This document shows positions 1 to 7,640 of a DNA stretch of 32,000 nt, in pieces (within the stretch, counting starts at the first letter, position 1; the number at the start of each line of letters is the position of its first letter). The notes under the pieces were generated by a model. That model made no database searches and was not told the DNA's origin. It saw only the letters and a list, made by a program, of their open reading frames with translations. Origin of the DNA: Candidatus Electronema halotolerans (GTDB lineage: Bacteria > Desulfobacterota > Desulfobulbia > Desulfobulbales > Desulfobulbaceae). A program made the position numbers and the translations under genes. The stretch is taken from the NCBI GenBank assembly GCA_942493095.1, contig OW818675.1:2730001-2762000 (forward strand), in the 5' to 3' direction.

Positions 1-467
1 TCCTTGCTCAGACCGGCCTTGGCCAGCAGGGTGTTCATCACAGTCTCGTCGTTGCCGCCAAAAGTCACGCCAATATTCCTGTCTTTCAGGTCAGCCAAGG
101 TTTTGATTTCCGGCTGATCAGCTCGGTAAATCCACTGCATCGGGCTGATTTGAAATATCTGCGCCAGCACAACTAATTTCGCCCCTTTCTCCAAGGCGCG
201 GACGACCTGATCCGCTGAAGCGCAGCCAAAATCAGCCCGGCCCAGCTCCAGTTCCCTGATTGCATTTTTCTCCGGGCTGCCTTCCTTGACGTTGACCTTC
301 AAACCAGATTTGGCGAAAAAGCCGCCGCTGTCCGCATAGATGTCGCCAGCCGCGCCGATGTTGAACAGCCACTTGAGCCGATAATTCAGCTCTGTCTGTT
401 CAGCCTGCGCAGCAATTGCGAAAAAGAGCAGAAGAATGGCCGCGATAATTGCGCTGATTCTGTTCAT
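1..467 (-). CDS. ABC transporter substrate-binding protein (NMT1/THI5/SsuA-like), 3' part outside the window
   Basis: Minus-strand reading from ATG at 467 gives MNRISAIIAAILLLFFAIAAQAEQTELNYRLKWLFNIGAAGDIYADSGGFFAKSGLKVNVKEG, a signal peptide followed by typical NMT1-like N-terminal sequence. It is directly upstream of the window edge and adjacent to permease and ATPase genes. Confidence 0.8.
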   Translation of the reverse strand, partial: MNRISAIIAAILLLFFAIAAQAEQTELNYRLKWLFNIGAAGDIYADSGGFFAKSGLKVNVKEGSPEKNAIRELELGRADFGCASADQVVRALEKGAKLVVLAQIFQISPMQWIYRADQPEIKTLADLKDRNIGVTFGGNDETVMNTLLAKAGLSK

Positions 468-482
468 GAAATGCGTCTCCTT

Positions 483-1232
483 TTATGTGCCGGACCATAT
501 CTGGGTGATCCGTGCGCCAATGGTTTCAAGCAGGCCCTGATAGACGGTAATGACAATGCCGATCAGAAACAGGGCTGTGAGTATTTTGGCCATGTCGCTT
601 TGATACAGCGCAGTGCGGATGCTGTAGCCAATGCCCGCGTCCGCAGCAATGAACTCGGCGACAATGGTTCCAGCCAAGGCCAAGGATGCACTGCCGGAGA
701 TCACGGTGCTCAGTTTGCTCAGGTTTTCAAAGGCCCGGATTTTCACCTCCAGCCGCCAGTTCATCTGCCCTGTGGCGTGATAGAAATGCTCGATGTCCTC
801 GACTGGCGCGGTCATGATGCCGAGCACCGAGAGAAGCAGCGGGAAGTAGCAGATCATCGAGGCGATCAAGAGCCGGGACAGGAAGCCGTCGCCGAGAAGA
901 ATGAAGATGATCGGAGCAAGGGCGACAATCGGGTAGGACTGGATGCTGTAGGCTGCGGCTCTGATCAGCGAGCCGAGCCAGGAGGATTTGCGCCCTGCGA
1001 TGCCCACGGCAAAGGCTAGGGCGATGGAGATGAACTGGCCGAGCACGGTCACGGCCAAGGTGCTGAACACAGCGGTCACGTATTCTTTCACCACTTGGCC
1101 TGCGGTGCTGAAGAGCAAGGCAATGTCCGGCAGAACATAGTTGGACAGGCCGAGAGCATACTTCAGGCCGAAGAGAAAGGTCAGGCCGAGGCAATAGATA
1201 AAGAAAAATTGGCCGAGTTTTCTAACAAGCAT
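483..1232 (-). CDS. ABC transporter permease (SsuC/TauC-like)
   Basis: 249 aa with multiple TM segments and a BPD_transp_1-like region (YPIVALAPIIFILLGDGFLSRLLIASMICYFPLLL). Overlaps the upstream ATPase gene. Confidence 0.85.
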   Translation of the reverse strand: MLVRKLGQFFFIYCLGLTFLFGLKYALGLSNYVLPDIALLFSTAGQVVKEYVTAVFSTLAVTVLGQFISIALAFAVGIAGRKSSWLGSLIRAAAYSIQSYPIVALAPIIFILLGDGFLSRLLIASMICYFPLLLSVLGIMTAPVEDIEHFYHATGQMNWRLEVKIRAFENLSKLSTVISGSASLALAGTIVAEFIAADAGIGYSIRTALYQSDMAKILTALFLIGIVITVYQGLLETIGARITQIWSGT

Positions 1233-1905
1233 TCATGATCTCCAACATGACGGCATCAAGTTTGCTTTTATCGAGGACATAATTCTGTCTGTAGTCTAAT
1301 CCGTGCAGCACCCGGTAGCTGGCAGCATCAAGCAGGACGACAACATCTTTGCAGAATTTGGCCACTTCAAGCAGGTTGTGAGATATGCAGAGAAACATCT
1401 TGTCCGGGAAAAGCTGCTTGATGTGCAGAATGATGCGCTCGCGCAGCTTTTCATCAACATTGGCAAGGCTTTCGTCCATGATCAGCAGATCGAAATCTTG
1501 CAGCAGATAGCGGAGGAGATTGATGCGGTTGCGCTGGCCCAAGGAAAGCTGGGAAAACTTGGCCTGCATAAGGTTGCGCAGGCCGAAAATTGCTGTCAAT
1601 TCCTGCCGCAGCTCTTCTTTGCCCGGCGGAGCTGCTTCGTCCAAATGCTGCTCAAGCGTTGCCCAGCCCGGCAGCCGCTCCAAGTTGTAGGAATAGAGAA
1701 TTGTGCTGATGCCTTCTGTCCTGATTTCACCTGCGGAAGGGGCAATGCTGCCCGCCAGAATGCGGGCCAAGGAGCTTTTGCCGACCCCAGAAGGCCCGAA
1801 GACCGCGTTGAAGCCCGGCTCATGCAGGGAAAAGCAGAGATTGTTCAGCACGTCAGCGCGGCTGTCCGGGTAGGTGAAGCGCAGCTCCTTGCATTCCAGC
1901 AGCAT
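1222..1905 (-). CDS. ABC transporter ATP-binding protein
   Basis: Walker A GPSGVGKSS, signature-like LSLGQRNRI, Walker B LLIMDESLANVD, H-loop CISHN. Confidence 0.9.
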   Translation of the reverse strand: MLLECKELRFTYPDSRADVLNNLCFSLHEPGFNAVFGPSGVGKSSLARILAGSIAPSAGEIRTEGISTILYSYNLERLPGWATLEQHLDEAAPPGKEELRQELTAIFGLRNLMQAKFSQLSLGQRNRINLLRYLLQDFDLLIMDESLANVDEKLRERIILHIKQLFPDKMFLCISHNLLEVAKFCKDVVVLLDAASYRVLHGLDYRQNYVLDKSKLDAVMLEIMNAC

Positions 1906-2119
1906 GATGTTTCCTTGGCAAGAGTAACTGCAACAGGCAGTTCTTCATGGGGAGAAAGCAGGCCGAGCCTTCTTGAGGCAAGGCATATTTTCTGGACTTT
2001 TTCACTGAAATCATATCAGTGCATGGCCTCTGCAAGGGACTGCCATGCAGAAACATCTTGGACAAAACAAGACTCAGGTGTATTCTGGAAGCAGTCACCA
2101 AACCATTTCCAGAGGTTAC

Positions 2120-2269
2120 GATGAGTCACCAGCGCCTGGCCTTGCCGGGAGGTACTATATCCAAGTGGAGCGAAAAAAGAAAGTGTCTCTGAACAAAACC
2201 GCCCAAGCAGCCGGACGCTCTCAAGGTACAATTTTTCGTGAACTTAAAAATAGTTGGCACCCATCTTGA
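2120..2269 (+). pseudogene. IS30-family transposase N-terminal (HTH) remnant
   Basis: MSHQRLALPG in one frame continues after a frameshift as RYYIQVERKKKVSLNKTAQAAGRSQGTIFRELKNSW, resembling the IS30 N-terminus (ERYQI..ERKKG.SLNKIAQ..GRS.STI.RELKRN). No catalytic DDE region follows. Confidence 0.7.
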
Positions 2270-4362
2270 AAAATCTTGCGTTTGATCATTCCGGCAAATC
2301 AGGCCGCTTGCTGCTCAAGCTGCTCCTCTCTCTTGGCACCTCCCTGCTCCTCCTTGGCCTGCTCCTCCAAGGCTTCAGCAGTTCAGCGGAAGAGGCTGTC
2401 CGCCCGCGCTTATTCTCCATTTTAACAGGGACATCTCTTGTCTGCGTCGGTCTGTACATCCTAACAAGTCTGAGCCAAGCATTCTTTCGGATGCTCCGCT
2501 ACCGGGCTGTGTTGGCCGCTTCGGTCAAAAACGACCAGCTTCCCAGTGTTTTTCATCTCTTCATTGTCACCTTGAGCAGGAACATGTTTGTGGACATGCT
2601 CCCAGCCCGGCTTGGTGAACTGAGCTACGTGGCCATGCTCAACAAGGGCTGCAAGATCGGCGCAGATGCCTGCCTGTCCTCGCTGGCAATTTCTTTTGTT
2701 TTCGATCTGATCGCACTGGCCCTGCTTCTGCTGGCCGTCATGGCGCAGCAATTGCTGACCGCAGAGTTCCAGCCGTGGCTGATCAGCGTGTTTCTGGTGA
2801 TCTTGGCGGCCAGCGCGGTCATGCTTCTATTTTTATATCCTGTTCTGCAATGGGCTGGCAAAAGGCTGCACCGCTTCGACAGCAAAGGCTGGCTGGGAAG
2901 GCTCATCAAATTAGCAGAGGACACTGCTGTTGCTTTGGAACAGGCCCGGCAGGCTGGCATTGCCGGTCGAGTGCTGGCATTATCTTTGGCAGTGCGATTC
3001 TTCAAATATCTTGGCCTGTATCTGCTCTTTCTCGGCGTGGCTGTGCCGTCCTTTCCTGACCTCAGCCGAGAGCCTGCCGCTGTCCTGATCGCCTTGGTCA
3101 GCGCAGAAGCAAGCAGCGCCTTGCCAGTGCCATCGTTCATGAGCTTCGGCACCTACGAGGCAGGCGGCGCATTGGCCCTGACCGTGCTTGGCGCGGCCAA
3201 AACCTCCTCAGTGCTTGTCATGCTGGCCCTGCATATCTGGAGCCAAATTATTGACTACAGTCTCGGCATCTGCGCCATGATTCTGTTCATTTTCACAGTC
3301 GGCAAAACAGAGTTTGCGGCATCTGGCCGGAGCGGCGGGCAGAAAAAATTGCTTCTGACCGTCGGAACCGTGCTGACCGTCGGTCTGCTGCTCTTTGCCT
3401 GGCAGATATGGGCGGTCAAAAAAATGGGTGCCTTTATTCCGCCCAAGCCGGGCCAACCAGTGCCAGCTACTGCGGAGGAAGAGCAGGAAAGTCCCATCCT
3501 TGCCACGCTGCGCGGCTTTGTTATCTGGAGCAGCAACCGTTTCGGCAACCACGATTTGGTCATGCTGACCCTGCCAGACCGCAAACTGAGCCGCCTGACC
3601 ACAGACCCGCACACAGAATATTTTTCCCGCATTTCGCCGGACGGCAGCAAGGTGGTCTTCTGCCGCTCGCAGGAGCCGTGGGTTTCGCAGCGCAACAAAT
3701 ACCCGTGGGACACATGGCTGCTCGATCTGCCCACTGGCAAGACCCGCCTCTTGGCCAAAAACGCCAATGTGCCCACGTGGTCTGCGGACGGCAGCAAGGT
3801 CTATTTTCAGCGCAACGCGAATCAGTTTGTTGAACATGCGCTTGCCACTGGCAAGGAAACTGTGATATTTGAGACAGGAAAAAATCTGCCCCTGCCTGCG
3901 TCGCAGCAGTTGGAAACCCCTGTTTGGAGCGAGGCCCGGCAGACGCTGGCCGTGACAATGCGGGTCAACGGTCCGGTTTACACCTACATTATCGGGCCGG
4001 ACAGAAGTGTGCGGCAGGTCAACGAGGGCTGCGAGCTGAACTGGTCGCCGGATTCCTCGTTCCTTTATCATGTCGGCCATGACAGCCGAGACCGAAGCAA
4101 CAATGTGTTTTACAAGATCAACCCTGACACGCTGGAGCGGACGCTCTGGTTTGACTCGCCGGGCGCGTACAGTCACGAGTATTTTCCCAAGATTTCCAAT
4201 ACTGGCAAAGTGCTGGTTTACGGAGCCAGCACTGGCGGGCATGAGCACGACACAGCGGATTACGAGATTTTCCTCTGGCCGATTGGCTCACCGATGAGCA
4301 ACACAGCCCGCTTGAGCTATCACACCGGCAACGACAATTGGCCGGATGTATTTTTATATTAA
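2254..4362 (+). CDS. Membrane protein: N-terminal lysylphosphatidylglycerol synthase TM/UPF0104-like domain fused to a C-terminal TolB/PD40-like beta-propeller
   Basis: 702 aa. N-terminal ~400 aa multi-TM with ARLGELSYVAMLNK motif. C-terminal repeats such as LTTDPHTEYFSRISPDGSKVVFCRS, VPTWSADGSKVYFQRN, LNWSPDSSFLYHV and YFPKISNTGKVLVYGAS. Confidence 0.75.
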   Translation: MAPILKNLAFDHSGKSGRLLLKLLLSLGTSLLLLGLLLQGFSSSAEEAVRPRLFSILTGTSLVCVGLYILTSLSQAFFRMLRYRAVLAASVKNDQLPSVFHLFIVTLSRNMFVDMLPARLGELSYVAMLNKGCKIGADACLSSLAISFVFDLIALALLLLAVMAQQLLTAEFQPWLISVFLVILAASAVMLLFLYPVLQWAGKRLHRFDSKGWLGRLIKLAEDTAVALEQARQAGIAGRVLALSLAVRFFKYLGLYLLFLGVAVPSFPDLSREPAAVLIALVSAEASSALPVPSFMSFGTYEAGGALALTVLGAAKTSSVLVMLALHIWSQIIDYSLGICAMILFIFTVGKTEFAASGRSGGQKKLLLTVGTVLTVGLLLFAWQIWAVKKMGAFIPPKPGQPVPATAEEEQESPILATLRGFVIWSSNRFGNHDLVMLTLPDRKLSRLTTDPHTEYFSRISPDGSKVVFCRSQEPWVSQRNKYPWDTWLLDLPTGKTRLLAKNANVPTWSADGSKVYFQRNANQFVEHALATGKETVIFETGKNLPLPASQQLETPVWSEARQTLAVTMRVNGPVYTYIIGPDRSVRQVNEGCELNWSPDSSFLYHVGHDSRDRSNNVFYKINPDTLERTLWFDSPGAYSHEYFPKISNTGKVLVYGASTGGHEHDTADYEIFLWPIGSPMSNTARLSYHTGNDNWPDVFLY

Positions 4363-4444
4363 GATGTCAGCCTCTTGCCATACAGCACTTCAGCACTTTT
4401 CAGGGCTTATCATCAGCGACTTGACAGGTAGCTCGACAGGCAAT

Positions 4445-5887
4445 TCACACAAATTCAACGCTCACCGGGCAGTGGTCTGATCCCGTGATTGCATCGTGAA
4501 TTCCTGCCGCCCGCACCCGGTGCTGGCTTTTTGCATCGACAAGAAAATAATCAATCCGCCAGCCGACATTCCGTTTCCGGGCCGCAGTGCGGTAGCTCCA
4601 CCAGCTATAGCGGTGCGGCTCCGGGTGAAAAAGGCGGAAGGTGTCTGTATATCCGGCCTCAAGAATGGCCTCCAAGCTGGCCCGCTCTTCGGCGGAAAAG
4701 CCCGGATTGCCGACATTCTCCTTGGGCCGGGCAAGGTCAATCTCCTTGTGGGCCACATTCAGATCACCGCAGAGCAGCACGGTTTTGGCAGCCGCTAATT
4801 TGTTAAGATGCGCGAGCATGGCTTGGTTGAAATCCAGCTTGAAATTCAGCCGCCGCAGGCCGTCCTGGGCATTGGGAAAATAGGCAGTGACAAAATAAAA
4901 ATCGGCAAATTCAAGGGTCAGCACCCGGCCTTCCTGATCAAATTTCTCTTGGCCCAGTCCGTACAAGACCTTGAGCGGCTCCTTGCGGCTGAAAACCGCC
5001 ACCCCGGAATAGCCTTTCTTTTTCGCCGGATGCCAGAAGACCTGCCAGCCGGGAATATTCCGCACCTCATCCGGCAATTGCTCTGGCAGGGCCTTGATTT
5101 CCTGAAGGGCAAAAATATCCGCATCCAACTGCTGAAAGGCATCAAGAAAGCCTTTTCCCAGCGCAGCCCGCAGGCCGTTGACATTCCACGAGACACAGCG
5201 CAACGTGTTAGATTTTATTTCTTGTTTGCCAGGCACCTTGCGCGGGGTGACATCGAGGCGGGGACACAACTTCTCCAGCACGCAGCGGTCGCAATGGGGA
5301 AAGCGGGGCTTGCAAGTGCCTTGACCAAAAGCGACCAACAGGGAATTGATGTCAAGCCAGTGCTGCTGCGGCAGTTTGGCCCGCAGAGCCATTTCTGTTG
5401 CCAAGGGCGTTTTGGTCCGCACATAGCCCCAGATGTTCATGATCCGGTGGACATGGGTATCCACGCAGATGGCAGGCTTCTGAAAGCCGACAGTCACGAC
5501 CAAGTTGGCGGTCTTCCGGCCCACGCCCGGCAGCCGGACCAACTCTTCCACCGTGTCCGGCACTTGGCCGTTGAATTCTTCAGCCAAGGCGGCGGGCAGC
5601 GCGGCCAAGTATTTCGCCTTGTTGCGGAAAAAGCCGACCGGATAAATCAGCTTTTCAAGCTCGGCAACTGAGAGCAGTGCCAGAGCCGCTGCGCTGTCCG
5701 CCTGAGCAAAAAGCCGCCGCGCTGCCGCTGCTGTCACTTCATCCTTGGTGCGGGCGGAAAGCATGGTCGCCACCAGCACCTTGAACGGGTCTTGGGTCTG
5801 GGCGGCGATCAGATCAACCACCGGCACCTTGTATGCAGCCACTTCCTTGCGCAGCAGGGCGACAGCGGCATCAATGGGAAAGGTCAT
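4445..5887 (-). CDS. Fused endonuclease III (DNA glycosylase/AP lyase) - exodeoxyribonuclease III (AP endonuclease)
   Basis: Open frame 4445..6040; likely start at MTFPIDAAVALLRKEV (5887). Nth half: LPGVGRKTANLV (HhH/Lys), CVDTHVHR (catalytic Asp), C-X6-C-X2-C-X5-C FeS loop CKPRFPHCDRCVLEKLC. Xth half: CVSWNVNGLRAA, FALQEIKAL, YSGVAVFSR, CGDLNVAHKEIDLARPK, GWRIDYFLV, GSDHCPVSVEF. Confidence 0.92.
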   Translation of the reverse strand: MTFPIDAAVALLRKEVAAYKVPVVDLIAAQTQDPFKVLVATMLSARTKDEVTAAAARRLFAQADSAAALALLSVAELEKLIYPVGFFRNKAKYLAALPAALAEEFNGQVPDTVEELVRLPGVGRKTANLVVTVGFQKPAICVDTHVHRIMNIWGYVRTKTPLATEMALRAKLPQQHWLDINSLLVAFGQGTCKPRFPHCDRCVLEKLCPRLDVTPRKVPGKQEIKSNTLRCVSWNVNGLRAALGKGFLDAFQQLDADIFALQEIKALPEQLPDEVRNIPGWQVFWHPAKKKGYSGVAVFSRKEPLKVLYGLGQEKFDQEGRVLTLEFADFYFVTAYFPNAQDGLRRLNFKLDFNQAMLAHLNKLAAAKTVLLCGDLNVAHKEIDLARPKENVGNPGFSAEERASLEAILEAGYTDTFRLFHPEPHRYSWWSYRTAARKRNVGWRIDYFLVDAKSQHRVRAAGIHDAITGSDHCPVSVEFV

Positions 5888-6194
5888 GAGCAGCTCATGT
5901 TGGTTTGCATGGAATTTCACAGTGAAAACCAAGTGATTATACCTGCGCTGCTGACCGCCTTCAAGGTTCTTTTCGGATAATCCGCCAGCGAAGCCGACAT
6001 AATTGCTGGGCAAGCAAAAAGACGCTTGCCTGTCCTGCAAAATTTTGGCACTGTGTGTTTTGAATGGGGAAATGAAGAAGGGTGAAGGGTGAAGATTTTT
6101 CGTGAGAGAGCATTATGTTGTATGGATTCAGCGAAACTGGAGATGAGCAGATGCGGGAAGGTGCGGCGTTGGCTTGCGGTGATTCGGAGGAATT

Positions 6195-7541
6195 GTGAGG
6201 TGCTGGGTTATGGGGAGTGAGTGGAGAAAAGTTACTTGGGGAGACCTCGCAACTCTTGAATATGGCAAAGGATTACGAGGATATCAAGACACAATAGGAA
6301 ATTTTAGAGTTTTTGGTACAAATGGTCCAATAGGTTGGCACAACGAACCCCTTTGTACTTTTCCAAGTGTGATTGTTGGCAGGAAAGGTGCTTACAGAGG
6401 AATTCATTTTTCTCCAGAGCCATTTTTCGTTATTGACACAGCTTTTTATTTAAAACCTAAAGAAGATTTTGACATTAAATGGGCTTATTATGAACTTTTA
6501 ACCCATGACATAAACAGCATGGATTCTGGTTCAGCAATTCCATCAACAAGCCGATATTCGTTTTATACATTGCCTGTACTGTTGCCTTCTAAGGATGAAC
6601 AAAAAGCCATTGCCCATATCCTTGGTTCCCTTGATGACCGAATCGATTTAAACCGGCGGATGAATGAAACCTTGGAAGCAATGGCGCAGGCCTTGTTCAA
6701 GAGCTGGTTTGTTGATTTTGAACCGGTGATTGACAATGCCCTTGCCAGCGGCAAGGAAGTGCCGAAAGAGCTTGCGGGACGTGCTGCCGTTCGTGCTGAA
6801 CTTGGTGACAAACGCAAACCTCTGCCTGCTGAAATCCGTGCTCTTTTCCCTGATGAGTTTGTGTACAGCGATGAAATGGGGTGGATTCCCAAGGGGTGGA
6901 GAATTTCAGAAATTGGCAACGAAGTAGATGTCGTTGGAGGGGGAACACCAAGCACAACGAATCAAGATTTTTGGGAAAATGGCAATTATCATTGGACAAC
7001 CCCAAAAGACTTGTCTGGCAAAAAAGATAAAGTTTTGCTGAAAACGGAAAGAAAAATTACCGAAGCTGGTTTAAAAAAAATAAGTTCCGGGCTGCTGCCA
7101 GTTGATACCGTTCTTCTTTCGTCTCGCGCACCGATTGGGTATCTTGCTTTGGCAAAAGTGCCTGTGGCAGTGAATCAAGGATACATTGCTATGAAATGCA
7201 ACAGGAATCTTCCTTCTGTATATATTTTACAATGGGCAGATTCTTTTATGGATGATATAAAACGGCGAGCAGGAGGAACAACGTTTGCTGAAATTAACAA
7301 AAAAAATTTCCGCACCATTACCGTGTTAGTACCAAACGAAAAATCCTTGAATGCGTACAAAAATATTGTGAACGGATTTTACGATAGCATTTCGGAATCA
7401 ATAGCTATATCATTTTCTCTCGCAACCATCCGCGACACCCTCCTCCCAAAACTCCTCTCCGGCGAACTGCGCATTCCTGATGCGGAAAAACTCGCAGCAG
7501 AGGCTGTGCTGCCCAGTTCCTCCAAAATTCTTTTCCGATAA
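6195..7541 (+). CDS. hsdS: Type I restriction-modification system specificity subunit (HsdS), no hsdM/hsdR in the window
   Basis: 448 aa with two TRD-like halves and a central conserved region (DEQKAIAHILGSLDDRIDLNRRMNETLEAMAQALFKSWFVDFEPV). C-terminal TIRDTLLPKLLSGELRIPDAEKL. GGAGG upstream of the GTG start. Confidence 0.92.
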   Translation: MRCWVMGSEWRKVTWGDLATLEYGKGLRGYQDTIGNFRVFGTNGPIGWHNEPLCTFPSVIVGRKGAYRGIHFSPEPFFVIDTAFYLKPKEDFDIKWAYYELLTHDINSMDSGSAIPSTSRYSFYTLPVLLPSKDEQKAIAHILGSLDDRIDLNRRMNETLEAMAQALFKSWFVDFEPVIDNALASGKEVPKELAGRAAVRAELGDKRKPLPAEIRALFPDEFVYSDEMGWIPKGWRISEIGNEVDVVGGGTPSTTNQDFWENGNYHWTTPKDLSGKKDKVLLKTERKITEAGLKKISSGLLPVDTVLLSSRAPIGYLALAKVPVAVNQGYIAMKCNRNLPSVYILQWADSFMDDIKRRAGGTTFAEINKKNFRTITVLVPNEKSLNAYKNIVNGFYDSISESIAISFSLATIRDTLLPKLLSGELRIPDAEKLAAEAVLPSSSKILFR

Positions 7542-7640
7542 TTCGCCCGCTTTCAGTCCCAGCTTGACGCAGCCCTGCCGAGCCGATAAAATTGACCACG
7601 GTCAACATTTTAGCCAGAAAACTCCAAACGAGCTTCCTTC

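Noticed and set aside
1905-2119. Possible TPP riboswitch upstream of the NMT1-like ABC operon (a tcaggt-like string near 2078)
   Set aside because: The conserved CTGAGA and GAACCTGA core elements are not present in the correct order on the minus strand. Transporter substrate is therefore left unassigned.
5888-6040. 51-aa N-terminal extension of the Nth-XthA fusion
   Set aside because: It has no Nth-like features and reads as intergenic sequence. The Met at 5887 gives a normal Nth N-terminus.
7592-7640. Residual C-terminus of a membrane fusion protein upstream of the RND gene
   Set aside because: The short open stretch reading FARFQSQLDAALPSR is too short and generic to assign to the MFP family.
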